Assembly: GCA_001029715.1 (NCBI GenBank)
Contig: CP011212.1
Span: forward strand, 398,936-462,935
DNA: 64,000 nucleotides
Direction of reading: 5' to 3'
Source of the DNA: a candidate division TM6 bacterium GW2011_GWF2_28_16
GTDB taxonomy: Bacteria; Patescibacteriota; Microgenomatia; UBA1400; PJMF01
Every line of letters starts with the position of its first letter. Position 1 is the first letter of the stretch. The translations under genes were made by a program, and so were the position numbers. Of the stretch, positions 47,691 to 58,234 are shown piece after piece. The notes under the pieces were generated by a model that was given only the letters and a program-made list of their open reading frames with translations, did not search any database and had not been told where the DNA came from.

Positions 47691-48356
47691 ATGAAAAAAA
47701 TATTAATTTTAGAAAATGACTGGACTCTTTTATCTTCTTTAAGCGATTTTTTAAAAAAGAAGGGACATTTATCTTATTGTTCTCAATCTATAAAAAGAGC
47801 TGAAGAATTACTCAAAAAAAAGACCTTTGATTTATTTTTATGCGAAAGGGTTTTGCCAGATGGAGATACTTTAGATTTATTAGAAAAAATGAAAGAAAGA
47901 AAGCTTTTTACGAGAGTTTTAGTTTTTAGTTCTAAAAAATCTTTAGTAGATCGGATTGCTACATTAAAATTAGCAGATGATTTTATAGCCAAACCATTTA
48001 ATTTTACGGAATTAACTTTAAAAATAAAGAATATCTTATGTTTAGAAAAAATAAGAGATCAAGATTTTTTTGAAAATTCATTTCTCTCGCTTAAAGAAGA
48101 TAGTTTTTTTACTGATAAAGTAAATCATTTTCGTCCTCAAGAATTAAAAATTTTAGAATGTTTCTCTAAGCATAGAAATTTTGTTATTTCGTATGAAACC
48201 ATATCCTCTTATGTTTGGGGCTATAAAGAAACAATTCCTCTTAAAAAAACAATTAGTGTTTATATTAGAAGAATAAGAATAAAGCTTCCAAATAATTTTA
48301 AGATAGAAACAATTAAAAATAGAGGATATAGATTTATTAATTTAAAGGAAAAATAA
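47691..48356 (+). CDS. OmpR/PhoB-type response regulator with degenerate (pseudo-)receiver domain
   Basis: Receiver-like N-terminus with conserved Ser/Thr (VFSSKK) and Lys (FIAKPF), but Cys/Glu (FDLFLCERVLP) at the expected phospho-acceptor Asp position. C-terminal winged helix (RIRIKL...IETIKNRGYRF). Confidence 0.65.
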   Translation: MKKILILENDWTLLSSLSDFLKKKGHLSYCSQSIKRAEELLKKKTFDLFLCERVLPDGDTLDLLEKMKERKLFTRVLVFSSKKSLVDRIATLKLADDFIAKPFNFTELTLKIKNILCLEKIRDQDFFENSFLSLKEDSFFTDKVNHFRPQELKILECFSKHRNFVISYETISSYVWGYKETIPLKKTISVYIRRIRIKLPNNFKIETIKNRGYRFINLKEK

Positions 48357-48786
48357 TTCTAAAAGTGGCACCTTTATTTTTTTTAGAAATAATTTCTAAT
48401 TTAGCTTTAAATTCCTTTTCTAAAATTTCATTAATTTGGAACATATTTGAATTGGAGTTTTTTTCTCTAAATAAAAACCCTTTTTGTTTGACTAGTGCTT
48501 TTTCTAAAAAAGACAGGCCAATTCCTCCACCCGTTATACTTATTGAAAGTTTTTTTGAACTTTCGATATTGCTAGTAATTAGAATTACTTTATTTTCTGA
48601 ATTGCTATTTGGATAAGCTTGTTCTGCATTCTTTATTAGTTTGTTTAGTAATTCTTCAAAAATATATTTTTTGCCAGGAATTCTAATTTCATTAGGAAGA
48701 TCAATTTTCAAAATGTAAACAAACTTCTTTTGCTTGATACGTAAAATGTTGGTGGTTTTTATAATTATTTCTCCAACATTTTTCAT
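48337..48786 (-). CDS. Stand-alone GHKL ATPase domain protein (HATPase_c only; RsbW/SpoIIAB-like or split kinase)
   Basis: N-box LIKNAEQAY and G-box TGGGIGLS in 149 aa. No DHp/H-box. Confidence 0.5.
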   Translation of the reverse strand: MKNVGEIIIKTTNILRIKQKKFVYILKIDLPNEIRIPGKKYIFEELLNKLIKNAEQAYPNSNSENKVILITSNIESSKKLSISITGGGIGLSFLEKALVKQKGFLFREKNSNSNMFQINEILEKEFKAKLEIISKKNKGATFRIIFPLN

Positions 48787-48818
48787 GATGGAGAAATTTT
48801 AAAACTTCAACTTAAAAT

Positions 48819-50321
48819 TTATTTAAAATTCTCTTCTTTTATCTCCCAAATCTCTAAACAAGGTGCTCCGTTTGGTCGGCAGAAGCTCTTGAGGAGGTCT
48901 GCTTCGGGGAGTTTCATTTCTAGGCGATGAGAATTAACTATTAATAATTTGTTGTCAAAATCTCTGGCTTTTTGCCAAAACTCAGCGGGAATTTCTCTAA
49001 CTGGTTGACCGATGCCTTCGACGTAAATATTTTCAACGTTTTGATTATGGAGATTGAGCAAGATACCATCTGGGAGAGTGCCAAAATAGCCCTCGGTGGC
49101 GACGGCTACCCTTTGTGTTTCGGCTAGCTCTTGGATATAGGAGACCGATTCTTTGATGCCATGTCCTGAAGCCCAGCTTTCGAGAAACTGTTCTCGATCG
49201 ACTCTGCTTAGTTGTAGCTGATCGACTTTGAAGTAAGATGTGGAGATAAATAAAATCGATGGTAAGATAATTAAAAGCAAAAATAGATACTTGAAGATTT
49301 TCTTGTTGAAATTTTGTAGAGAAATAGTTGCTGAAGCAATAAAAAATAAACTACTGGGTAGGATGTAGCGAGGGTAAATAATTCTTCCGAGCAAAGCCAA
49401 AGGGAAAATAAAAATTAAACCAGATAAAAACAGAACCACTTGTTTACGTCTGGTTTTAGCTGAAAGCGGCAAGGCTAAGAGCAAAATCACTGGTCCCAGA
49501 TAATAAATGAGTTGTTCGTAGAAGAACTGACTGTTTTGCCAAAAAATCGTAAAAATTTCAGTGGACAAAATCACAGAGCGAGGTTGCAAAAAATTCCCTC
49601 CAACAGCAAATAATTGACTGAAAAGCGGTATTATTCTAAAGCTATAAAAAGCCAATCCAGCCAAAAGCAAGCCTACACTAATTTTAATGCTTTTATTAAT
49701 GATTAATTTTAAATTCAATTTTTCTTCAAAAAAAATCGCTAAGTAAAAGACTGGCATGAAGAGAAGAGCTGGGGTTTTACTCATAATGCTTAGTAAGAAA
49801 AAGAAAGCAAAAGGCAAAATTGGCCAGATCTTTTTATTTCTAATTATTAAGAGAGCAAAATAATAAGAAATAATCAGATTGGCAAATAAGAGCCCATCAG
49901 TTAAAGCCATGCGATTATAGAAAAAAGTAAAAGGACTAATAATTGCTAAGAACATGGCCAGATGAGCAGCCTTCTTTTCCTTGATTTTTCTCATGATTAA
50001 GAAAATCATTGAAACACTTACTCCTCCGACTAAAACCGCTAATAACCTAGCCGCGAAAAGCTGGTCAGTAATTAATTTCAAAAAAGGCAACATCAGCCAC
50101 ATCAGTAGAGGGGTTTTACCATCATTCATTGGATAAAAAAGATAGCGATTAAAATCATCAATAATCAGTTGTGACCAGCGAATATAGATTGATTCATCAG
50201 CAAAAACTGGTAAAGAAGTTAAATGAAAAAGATGCAAGGCAAAGTATAAAACAAGCAAAGCTAAAAAGAAAAAAAGAGTTTTATTTTTCACTTCTTCTAT
50301 TAAATAGGAAAAAGGTAGCAC
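48819..50321 (-). CDS. GT-C fold membrane glycosyltransferase (ArnT/PMT-like, GT39/83-like)
   Basis: ~11 TM. First extracytoplasmic loop carries FADESIYIRW (DE motif typical of polyprenol-P-sugar-dependent GT-C enzymes). Confidence 0.65.
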   Translation of the reverse strand: MLPFSYLIEEVKNKTLFFFLALLVLYFALHLFHLTSLPVFADESIYIRWSQLIIDDFNRYLFYPMNDGKTPLLMWLMLPFLKLITDQLFAARLLAVLVGGVSVSMIFLIMRKIKEKKAAHLAMFLAIISPFTFFYNRMALTDGLLFANLIISYYFALLIIRNKKIWPILPFAFFFLLSIMSKTPALLFMPVFYLAIFFEEKLNLKLIINKSIKISVGLLLAGLAFYSFRIIPLFSQLFAVGGNFLQPRSVILSTEIFTIFWQNSQFFYEQLIYYLGPVILLLALPLSAKTRRKQVVLFLSGLIFIFPLALLGRIIYPRYILPSSLFFIASATISLQNFNKKIFKYLFLLLIILPSILFISTSYFKVDQLQLSRVDREQFLESWASGHGIKESVSYIQELAETQRVAVATEGYFGTLPDGILLNLHNQNVENIYVEGIGQPVREIPAEFWQKARDFDNKLLIVNSHRLEMKLPEADLLKSFCRPNGAPCLEIWEIKEENFK

Positions 50322-51471
50322 TAAGCAAGAGGTAGAAGCTAGGGATTAGCCAAGTAATGGCTTTTTGCAGGCTTTCCAAACTACTTGAATCCAAGTGAAA
50401 ACTCATCCAAGGCAGATAGTACATCCAAGGTAAATAGCGTAGCAATGAAGAAAAGGAAAAAACGATTAATAAATTTCTGAGAAATTTATTTTTGATTAAA
50501 GGTAAAAAGATTAGAGACCAAAGTAAATACCAAGGTAAAAACTGTTTGGATCTTTCAGTTAGCAATGGAGCGAACATTGCTAAAGCCATTAAATCGTAGG
50601 TAGGGAATTTGCCTAGTCTTCCTAGCCTATTTTTGAGTGCTAAATAAATTATTAGAGGTAACAAAACAATTGTGGCAAATTTAATAGAAATTGATACAGT
50701 AAGCAAAACAGCAATTAAGATAATCTTGAAAATTTTTTTCTTTTGTAAATTAGTCGCTAGATAAACAGCTAATAAAGCTGGAGCCAGCATCCATAGATCA
50801 TTATGAGCACTGCTGAGAATTTCAATTAAAAGTAATGGATTTAAAAAGAATAAAGCTAATTTAAAATAGTTAGCTTTCTTGAAAAACTTTTCACTAATCA
50901 GCAGAGCTAGAATTAAGGAAAGAAAAGCAAATAGTTTAAAAACGATAAAGGTGGAAAGAAATTTCCCCAGTCCAGCTAGATATGGCAACAGTGACAAAGT
51001 AGTCCAACCATAACCATATGGAGCCGGGGTGTGAATGTTGTTCATGAAACGCAACATCGGATCATTAGGAAAATTAATGGCAGTTTGAACATGTGGATTA
51101 GCCCCATACTCGATGATCATTTTTGCATTAAAAATATAATTAAAAAGATCGTGAGAGAGGGCGTTGTAAGAAAAAATTAGGGGCAAACTGACAATGATTA
51201 GAAACTTCCAAAAATTTTGGCGAACATCAAGTTTTAAGCCATGCCAATTTTTAAGGATAAGCAAATAATTAATGAAGATCAAAGTGATTAGAACGCCATA
51301 GAAAATAGTTCTAAAATTTTGTAATGGTAAAACATGTTGCCAAAGATAAGTTTGAAGAGAAACAAAAAAATTAAGATTCAGCAAAGTCAGATTAGGATCG
51401 GTCAAAACAAAAGAAAAAATCGCAAAAACAACAAATAAAAAAAAATAACTTTTAAGTAAAAAACTTTTCAT
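50281..51471 (-). CDS. Polytopic membrane protein (possible GT-C/mannosyltransferase-like)
   Basis: 396 aa with >=10 TM. Lies within the glycan locus. Confidence 0.45.
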   Translation of the reverse strand: MKSFLLKSYFFLFVVFAIFSFVLTDPNLTLLNLNFFVSLQTYLWQHVLPLQNFRTIFYGVLITLIFINYLLILKNWHGLKLDVRQNFWKFLIIVSLPLIFSYNALSHDLFNYIFNAKMIIEYGANPHVQTAINFPNDPMLRFMNNIHTPAPYGYGWTTLSLLPYLAGLGKFLSTFIVFKLFAFLSLILALLISEKFFKKANYFKLALFFLNPLLLIEILSSAHNDLWMLAPALLAVYLATNLQKKKIFKIILIAVLLTVSISIKFATIVLLPLIIYLALKNRLGRLGKFPTYDLMALAMFAPLLTERSKQFLPWYLLWSLIFLPLIKNKFLRNLLIVFSFSSLLRYLPWMYYLPWMSFHLDSSSLESLQKAITWLIPSFYLLLSATFFLFNRRSEK

Positions 51472-52223
51472 TTTTTTGGATACTTGCCATTTAATTCAGC
51501 CATTCTGATTCGCAAAATATCAGCAAACATCAAAATGGAATCTCTCACCGGACTAACTCTATTACTTTGGAAGTGTTTCCATAAAATTGGTACCTCCTTC
51601 ATTGCAAACCCATATTTTTTAGCTAAATAGAGTAGCTCTACATCAAAGGCACCAGTAAAAGCATCTTGGCGTTCATTTTTACCAGAGTAAATGTATAGAT
51701 TATTAAACAGTTTTTCAGTAGTTCTCTCTGAAAAAAGCTTAAAGCCACACTGACTATCTTGAATGCCGGAAAGAGCCAATAGCTGAACGAGATAGTTAAA
51801 GCCTCTGCCCATCAGATGGCGATAAAAAGGCTCTTTTTCTCTTTTGGCGCCAATTATTTCTCTAGAGCCAAAAATGACTTCATATTCGCTATTATATTTA
51901 AGCAATTTACGAACTTCTCGAAGCGGAGTTGATTGATCAAAATCAGAGAATAAGCGCCAAGCACCATTGGCTTTGAGCATACCAGACTTAACAGTTGGAC
52001 CTTTACCTTTGTGTTGATTCAAAATTAGTTTAATACGCTCATCTTTTCGACTAAATTCTTCTAGAGCTCTGATGGTTCCATCAGTACTACCATCATCAGT
52101 CAGAATTAGCTCCCAAGATTTTTGATAGTCCCTCAGAAATTGGTAAACTTCTTCAAGAATACCACGTCTAATATTTTTCATTTCATTGTAGGAGGGGAGT
52201 ACAACCGACAAATATGGTTTCAT
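51468..52223 (-). CDS. GT2 polyprenol-phosphate sugar synthase-like glycosyltransferase (DPM1/ArnC-like)
   Basis: VVLPSYNE and LILTDDGSTDGT (GT2 DxD region). Confidence 0.8.
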   Translation of the reverse strand: MKPYLSVVLPSYNEMKNIRRGILEEVYQFLRDYQKSWELILTDDGSTDGTIRALEEFSRKDERIKLILNQHKGKGPTVKSGMLKANGAWRLFSDFDQSTPLREVRKLLKYNSEYEVIFGSREIIGAKREKEPFYRHLMGRGFNYLVQLLALSGIQDSQCGFKLFSERTTEKLFNNLYIYSGKNERQDAFTGAFDVELLYLAKKYGFAMKEVPILWKHFQSNRVSPVRDSILMFADILRIRMAELNGKYPKK

Positions 52224-52228
52224 AAAAT

Positions 52229-53773
52229 TTATTTATTATAACTAGTTAAAACACTAATTTCTGGACCATTTTCCATTTGAAAAACTTCGTCAATAGTTCT
52301 ACTTGGAAAAACAACTACTTCATAGAGAGATGTATCGAAAATATCATTTCTAACTTCTTTTTCATCATTAATAATAAAAAGTTTAGTGGCTAATTGATGA
52401 TCTTCAAGTTTGACTATTTTGTTTTCTTTAGTACTTAGAAAATATCGATAACTCATGCCATAAGAATCTTTAGATGGGGAAAAGAGAACAATATTATATT
52501 TTTCATCTTTATTAACTCTTCTATAAATCTCATCGCTAGTTTTACTCATGTCTCCTGGTTTCCAGCCAGCGTCTTTAATTGAATATCTACTTATATTACT
52601 TGAAATAAAAAATGCTAAAAATGGCAAAATAATTGCCAACATTAACCATTTATTTTTAAATTTAGCAAAGAAAAGGCCGTAAAGAATATAAACAAAAGGA
52701 AATAGATAGGCGATGTAGTGTTCATAAACCTCATGCTGGTAAAGACTAATGCCAATTATGCCAGGTAACAAATAAGCTAATAATACGATCTCGCTATCTT
52801 TGATTTTATTTTTATTTTTAACTAAATAAAATACGCTTGAAAGCAAAAGAAGATATAAAAGTGGATAATTTATTTTGTTAGCTGCAAAGCTTGGTTCAAA
52901 AAGAATTTGTGAAGCGCGATTTTTCAGATCGATTGTTACAAATTTAGTAATTGCGCCAAAACCTTCTCGACCCTTTTTTCTTTGTAAGTCAAAGCTCTCT
53001 TCCTTAACTAAAATCTTTGTGAAAGATTTGGCATTTGTGAAGTCATGCTTGTAATCAAAAAGCATGAGGGGAGTTAGAGAAATTATGAAAATAAGAACTG
53101 CTAGCGCAACATGTTTAAAAAACCTTTTTTCTTCGACAAAGAAATGTTTTTTGTTATTTTTAATTTTAGCAATGAGTTGGATTAAGAATACAATTCCTGC
53201 TCCTGATAAAGAGAGCAGAGTTACATAGTGCAATTGAATTAACAGGCTAAAACAAAGTGAAACCAAAAGCCAATATTTTGTATTTTTTTTCCAAGCTAAA
53301 AAAGTGAAATAAAACATCAATAAACTAAAAAATGGGGCGATGTTTGGGTTCCAACTAAAACGGGCAAGATTAACCACGCCGGCCGACAAAGTGAAAAAAA
53401 TTGTCGATATATAAGCAGTTTTTTTGTTAAAAAGTTTTTTAGTAATTTTGAAGAGCAAAAAAACTGTTAGAACACTTAAGCCAGCCACGGCATAAACTGG
53501 CCCAATTGGATTTGGGTAAGACAAGAACAAAAATGGCAACATAAAATAATAATAAAAAGGTCCTAAATACATGTTGCCAATACTAGTTACTGGACCAATA
53601 AAAACAGGATCTTTTTCTTTAAAAATTTGTGAAACTACTAAAGCATCTCTTCCCTGATCTCCTTGAAACATAAAAGTGTTTTTGAGATTAAAGAAACGTA
53701 AGAATATGGCTAAAGCTAAGATAAAAAATAAAAATAAGTATTCTTTTTTTATTTTTCTAATAGAGTCAAACAT
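52229..53773 (-). CDS. GT-C fold membrane glycosyltransferase (ArnT-like), paralog of the partial gene at the window end
   Basis: ~12 TM. QGDQGRDALVVSQIFKEKDPVFIGPVTSIGNMYLGPFYYYFMLPF block is shared with the CDS at 63591+. Start set at MFDSIRK. Confidence 0.6.
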   Translation of the reverse strand: MFDSIRKIKKEYLFLFFILALAIFLRFFNLKNTFMFQGDQGRDALVVSQIFKEKDPVFIGPVTSIGNMYLGPFYYYFMLPFLFLSYPNPIGPVYAVAGLSVLTVFLLFKITKKLFNKKTAYISTIFFTLSAGVVNLARFSWNPNIAPFFSLLMFYFTFLAWKKNTKYWLLVSLCFSLLIQLHYVTLLSLSGAGIVFLIQLIAKIKNNKKHFFVEEKRFFKHVALAVLIFIISLTPLMLFDYKHDFTNAKSFTKILVKEESFDLQRKKGREGFGAITKFVTIDLKNRASQILFEPSFAANKINYPLLYLLLLSSVFYLVKNKNKIKDSEIVLLAYLLPGIIGISLYQHEVYEHYIAYLFPFVYILYGLFFAKFKNKWLMLAIILPFLAFFISSNISRYSIKDAGWKPGDMSKTSDEIYRRVNKDEKYNIVLFSPSKDSYGMSYRYFLSTKENKIVKLEDHQLATKLFIINDEKEVRNDIFDTSLYEVVVFPSRTIDEVFQMENGPEISVLTSYNK

Positions 53774-53777
53774 GGTT

Positions 53778-54950
53778 TTATTTCTTCTTTTTCCAAACAA
53801 AAGTGCTGTAAGCGAAAAAATTCCAGAACATACCAACTAGAATACCCACCACTGCAGATATAACGCCCGTATCAATTATGTAGTTAACAATTGGTAGAGT
53901 AAATACAGGTTTAAGACCAATGGTAGCAGAAGTAAAGTAAGCAATGGCACTCTGAATTAAGATTGAGCCACCAGAAGATAAATTAAAAGTGAGAAAACTC
54001 ATTGGAATCTGACTGGCTTTTAACTTACGATCCTTAAAAGTCCAAAGATTGCTCCAAATAAAATTCGAGACGATAGCTGTTTCAATGGATAAAAAATTAG
54101 CAATCACGAAGCTTTTTTCTGATGAAAATGGTATTCTCCATAAAGATAAGGCGATTAGTTGAACCAAGGCTCCAAACCCTCCAACAATGGCAAATTTCAC
54201 CACTCTCATCTCTAAAATTTCTTTTATTCTAACCTTCATAAGATATAACAAAGTATTTTTGATATACTCTGGCCCTATTTTACTATTACCTACTACTCGA
54301 TCTTTAAATTCAAAAGGCACTTCTGCAATTTTGAAATTTTTACGCAAGGTTTTATGTAAAAAACCTATCTGAAAAGTATAACCTGAAAAACGATCATCAT
54401 GCAATTCATCTTCTATAGATAGGTATACTTCCTTTTTGATTGCTCGAAAGCCTGTCGTCCAATCTCTGATTGAGAAGTCCAGCATCAAAAAATTAATAAA
54501 AGCGTTTCCGACTATGCTTAAAAATTTACGATGTATGCCCCAGTTTTTAGGAATAGAGCCACCCTTAATGTATCTAGATCCTAAAACAAGGTCGTAGCCC
54601 TGATCAATCTTTTTTAAAAAAGCAGGAATTTTTTTAGGATCATGAGAGAGATCGGCATCAAACTCAAAAACTAAGTCTGCTTTTAATTTAGCAAAAGCAT
54701 GATTCATGCCAATCAAATAAGCCCCACCTAAGCCAGATTTTTTTTTATTGATTAATAATTCAAGAAATCTAAACTTTTTTTGTAAACTTTTCACGAGGAT
54801 TGCTGTGCCATCTGGAGAACTATCGTCAACTACTAAGATTTGCATTTGCCAATTTTTAATGCTTTTAAAAATTTCAGCAAGAGACTGGATGGTCTCTGCA
54901 ATATTACCTTTTTCATTATAAGTGGGAATAATGACAACGGCTTTTTTCAT
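53778..54950 (-). CDS. GT2 polyprenol-phosphate sugar synthase fused to a C-terminal GtrA-like 4-TM domain
   Basis: VVIIPTYNE and ILVVDDSSPDGT (GT2). C-terminal KFAIVGGFGALVQL... GtrA-like segment. Confidence 0.75.
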   Translation of the reverse strand: MKKAVVIIPTYNEKGNIAETIQSLAEIFKSIKNWQMQILVVDDSSPDGTAILVKSLQKKFRFLELLINKKKSGLGGAYLIGMNHAFAKLKADLVFEFDADLSHDPKKIPAFLKKIDQGYDLVLGSRYIKGGSIPKNWGIHRKFLSIVGNAFINFLMLDFSIRDWTTGFRAIKKEVYLSIEDELHDDRFSGYTFQIGFLHKTLRKNFKIAEVPFEFKDRVVGNSKIGPEYIKNTLLYLMKVRIKEILEMRVVKFAIVGGFGALVQLIALSLWRIPFSSEKSFVIANFLSIETAIVSNFIWSNLWTFKDRKLKASQIPMSFLTFNLSSGGSILIQSAIAYFTSATIGLKPVFTLPIVNYIIDTGVISAVVGILVGMFWNFFAYSTFVWKKKK

Positions 54951-54951
54951 C

Positions 54952-55929
54952 TTAGTTAGGATTTTTACTTTCAAATTCTATATCTTGCGTCACCATCAAA
55001 GTAACCAATTCTTCAAAACTAACTGAAGGCTCCCACTTAAGAATCTTTTTAGCTTTTTCTGGATTGCCAATTAATAAATCAACTTCGGCTGGACGATCAT
55101 ATTTTTTATTATGTTTAACGTATTTTTGATAATCTCCTAGACCTGCAACTCTGAAAGCAATTTCCAAGAATTCTCTGACACTATGAGTTTCACCAGTAGC
55201 AATCACAAAATCATCGGCTTTATCTTGCTGTAACATTAACCACATGGCTTTGACGTAATCTTTGGCATAGCCCCAATCTCTCTTTGCATCTAAATTGCCC
55301 AACTCAATAAAGTCTTGTTTACCTAGTTTAATGCGAGCCACAGCATTACTAATCTTACGTGTTACGAATTCTAGTCCGCGACGAGGCGATTCATGATTGA
55401 AAAGAATACCAGAAACAGCAAACATATCGTATGATTCTCGATAGTTAACCGTAATCCAATGTCCATAGACTTTGGCTACGCCATAAGGTGAGCGGGGGTA
55501 AAAGGGAGTATTCTCATTTTGAGGAACTTCTCTAACTTTGCCAAACATTTCACTTGAGCTAGCTTGATAGAATTTAGCTTTTGGACAAGCCAATCTCATA
55601 GCATCTAAAACTCTGGTTACGCCAATAGCGGTAAATTCTCCAGTTAAAACCGGCTGCTCCCAAGAAGCTTTAACAAAAGACTGAGCAGCTAAATTATAAA
55701 TTTCATCTGGCTGGATATCTTGCAAAGCAAAAGTTAAAGAATGTTGATCAATTAAATCTCCAGAAATAAGTTCAAGGTTTGGATTGTGAATAATAGATTT
55801 AATGCGATCGAAATTTTGAGTACTAGTGCGACGGGTTAGGCCATAAACTTTATAACCTTTTTCAAGCAAAAGCTCGGCTAAATAAGAACCGTCTTGTCCA
55901 GTAATGCCCGTGATAAAAGCTTTTTTCAT
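54952..55929 (-). CDS. gmd: GDP-mannose 4,6-dehydratase
   Basis: [26 protein letters not shown] plus the Y-x3-K region ([10 protein letters not shown]). The track start is extended; the real start is at MKKAF. Confidence 0.9.
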   Translation of the reverse strand: MKKAFITGITGQDGSYLAELLLEKGYKVYGLTRRTSTQNFDRIKSIIHNPNLELISGDLIDQHSLTFALQDIQPDEIYNLAAQSFVKASWEQPVLTGEFTAIGVTRVLDAMRLACPKAKFYQASSSEMFGKVREVPQNENTPFYPRSPYGVAKVYGHWITVNYRESYDMFAVSGILFNHESPRRGLEFVTRKISNAVARIKLGKQDFIELGNLDAKRDWGYAKDYVKAMWLMLQQDKADDFVIATGETHSVREFLEIAFRVAGLGDYQKYVKHNKKYDRPAEVDLLIGNPEKAKKILKWEPSVSFEELVTLMVTQDIEFESKNPN

Positions 55930-56870
55930 ATGTTTTCTCTCCAATAATTTAAAATTCTTTCTAAAGTTTCTTTTAATTGGTGATTTTGTTGCCAACCTAA
56001 ATTTACAATCTTTTCATTGTCGCAAACAAGGCTATGAAGGTCAACTGGGCGAATTTTATTTGGATCTATTTCAACCTTAATTTCTGCCTTAGCTAAGTTA
56101 ATCAATAAATCTAGAACTTCTCGGATGCTGTGCCCTTGACCAGAACCAATATTATAAACTTCATTGTTTTGACCCTTTTCCATAATTAAGATGTAGGCAT
56201 TAACGACATCTTTAACATCGGAAAAATCTCTAATACTATCAAGATTGCCAACTTTGACGGAATCTGCTTCACCTTTTTCGACTTTAACCACCGCGGCTGC
56301 AAGATCAGCAACGACAAAACCAAGGGTCTGTCTTTCGCCAATATGATTAAAAGGTCTTACTCTAACAATATTAAGTCCTTCGCTTTTGACAAAAGAATAA
56401 GCCATCATATCTTGAATCAATTTAGATAAAGCGTATGGATTATCTGGACCAAGAGTAGCTTTTTCATCAATGGCTTGATCATTGTCATTAGCAGCATAAA
56501 CAAGAGCAGTGCTAACATGAAGTAGTTTGGCTTGTGGAGCGTGAGCCTTAATGGCTTCAAGCAGATTTAGTTGAAGATTGGTGTTCATTTCCAAAATGAA
56601 CTTACGTTTTTCGAAACTATCTCCAACACTTGCTAGTGAGGCTAAATGATAGATTTCATCTGGTTTCACTGCTGCAATTAAATCTTGAGTGGCTTGATAG
56701 TCAGTTAAATTAATTTGGTAAATATTTTTTTCATCGACGAATTGTTTGACAAACTCACCCTCATCTCGATAAGAAGTTAAATGAATGTTTCTTTCACCTC
56801 TTTTATAAAGCTCTTCAACTAAATGCGAGGCTACAAAGCCAGTGCCGCCAGTGATTAAAATAGTTTTCAT
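55926..56870 (-). CDS. NAD-dependent epimerase/dehydratase, probable GDP-4-keto-6-deoxy-D-mannose reductase (Rmd-like) or GDP-fucose synthase
   Basis: [14 protein letters not shown] Rossmann fold and YALSK (Y-x3-K). Adjacent to gmd. Confidence 0.6.
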   Translation of the reverse strand: MKTILITGGTGFVASHLVEELYKRGERNIHLTSYRDEGEFVKQFVDEKNIYQINLTDYQATQDLIAAVKPDEIYHLASLASVGDSFEKRKFILEMNTNLQLNLLEAIKAHAPQAKLLHVSTALVYAANDNDQAIDEKATLGPDNPYALSKLIQDMMAYSFVKSEGLNIVRVRPFNHIGERQTLGFVVADLAAAVVKVEKGEADSVKVGNLDSIRDFSDVKDVVNAYILIMEKGQNNEVYNIGSGQGHSIREVLDLLINLAKAEIKVEIDPNKIRPVDLHSLVCDNEKIVNLGWQQNHQLKETLERILNYWRENI

Positions 56871-56887
56871 ATTGAATCCATTTTCCT

Positions 56888-58168
56888 TTATCTTTTACCA
56901 ATGCCCAAATATTGATATTGCCAATTTTTAACTCTTTCTGGATTAAATTGATTACGACAGTCAATGAAAGTTTGTTTTTTGTTATTTTTAACTTTAGAAA
57001 AATCAAAACTAATAATCTCTGGCCATTCAACTACTGCCATAATGATGTCAGCATTTTCACAAGCTTCTTCAATCGAGGAAAATTGTTGATGATTGTCGGT
57101 TGCTAGAGGATTATATTTAGCCATTGGATCGTAGCTTCTGACTTTAGCTTTTTTATCGCTTAAAAATGGAATAATTTTTGTCGACGGAGCTTCTCTCATA
57201 TCGTCAGTGTTAGGTTTAAAAGATAAACCCAAGATGGCAATAGTTTTGTCTTTGAAGCCACCCGACTCTTCAGCAAATTTCTTTAGAAGTCTGAAGATGC
57301 GATCTTTATTGATTTCATCAACGCGATTGAGTAAATTACCACTTTCCCCAACAGTGCGTGAATAAGCGGCCAATTCCTTAACATCTTTAGGGAAGCAAGA
57401 ACCCCCATAGCCTAAACCTGGATACCAGTAGTGTTGGCCAATTCTTTTATCGTAACCAATAGCCTTAATGACTTCTTCAATATCAGCGCCATTTTTTTCA
57501 CAAAGATTAGCAACTTCATTAATAAAAGTAATACGAGTAGCCAAATAAGAGTTGGCAGTGTATTTGGCCATTTGTGCCGAAGCGACTTTACAATGAACAA
57601 CTGGAGCTTTAAGCGTTTTGTGCAATTCTTCTAATTTTGTAAAGACGAAGTCATCTTCAGCACCAATGACAATTCTGTCAGGATTAAGAGTGTCAAAAAC
57701 AGCTGAGCCTTCTCTTAAGAATTCTGGTAAAGAAGCACCATAGAATTTAGTTGATATTTTTTCCTTGATGACAGAGATCACTTTTTCTAAAGTTCCTGGA
57801 GGAACAGTTGATTTAATGACTACAATGGCATTTTCTTTAAGATAGGGAGCAAGCGATTCTGCACTAGCTAAGACGTATTTTAAGTCAGCTGTGCCGTCTG
57901 AAGCCGATGGAGTTCCAACAGCGATAATGATGATTTCTGCCTCATTGATGGCTTCTTGATAAGAAGTGGTAAAACGTAATTTTCCTTTAGCTTGCTGTTC
58001 TAGCAATAATTCCTGCAAATCTGGTTCATAGAAAGGCACTTGGCCTTTTTCTAAGAGTTTAATTTTATTTTCATCAATATCTAAACCAATGACTTGGTTT
58101 CCGAAAGAGGCGTAGACTGCAGCTGAGACAACCCCTACGAAACCAGTGCCAATAACTGTTACTTTCAT
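56888..58168 (-). CDS. ugd: UDP-glucose 6-dehydrogenase
   Basis: MKVTVIGTGFVGVVSAA and catalytic GGSCFPKD. Confidence 0.9.
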   Translation of the reverse strand: MKVTVIGTGFVGVVSAAVYASFGNQVIGLDIDENKIKLLEKGQVPFYEPDLQELLLEQQAKGKLRFTTSYQEAINEAEIIIIAVGTPSASDGTADLKYVLASAESLAPYLKENAIVVIKSTVPPGTLEKVISVIKEKISTKFYGASLPEFLREGSAVFDTLNPDRIVIGAEDDFVFTKLEELHKTLKAPVVHCKVASAQMAKYTANSYLATRITFINEVANLCEKNGADIEEVIKAIGYDKRIGQHYWYPGLGYGGSCFPKDVKELAAYSRTVGESGNLLNRVDEINKDRIFRLLKKFAEESGGFKDKTIAILGLSFKPNTDDMREAPSTKIIPFLSDKKAKVRSYDPMAKYNPLATDNHQQFSSIEEACENADIIMAVVEWPEIISFDFSKVKNNKKQTFIDCRNQFNPERVKNWQYQYLGIGKR

Positions 58169-58234
58169 AAATTAACTTTCTATTTTGTTTATCTTGTATA
58201 ATAGCAGAGAACATATCTAATTTATCACGATTTT

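Noticed and set aside
56815-57106. Small ORFs (56815-57030 minus, 56912-57106 plus) overlapping ugd
   Set aside because: They are embedded in the confidently assigned ugd frame.
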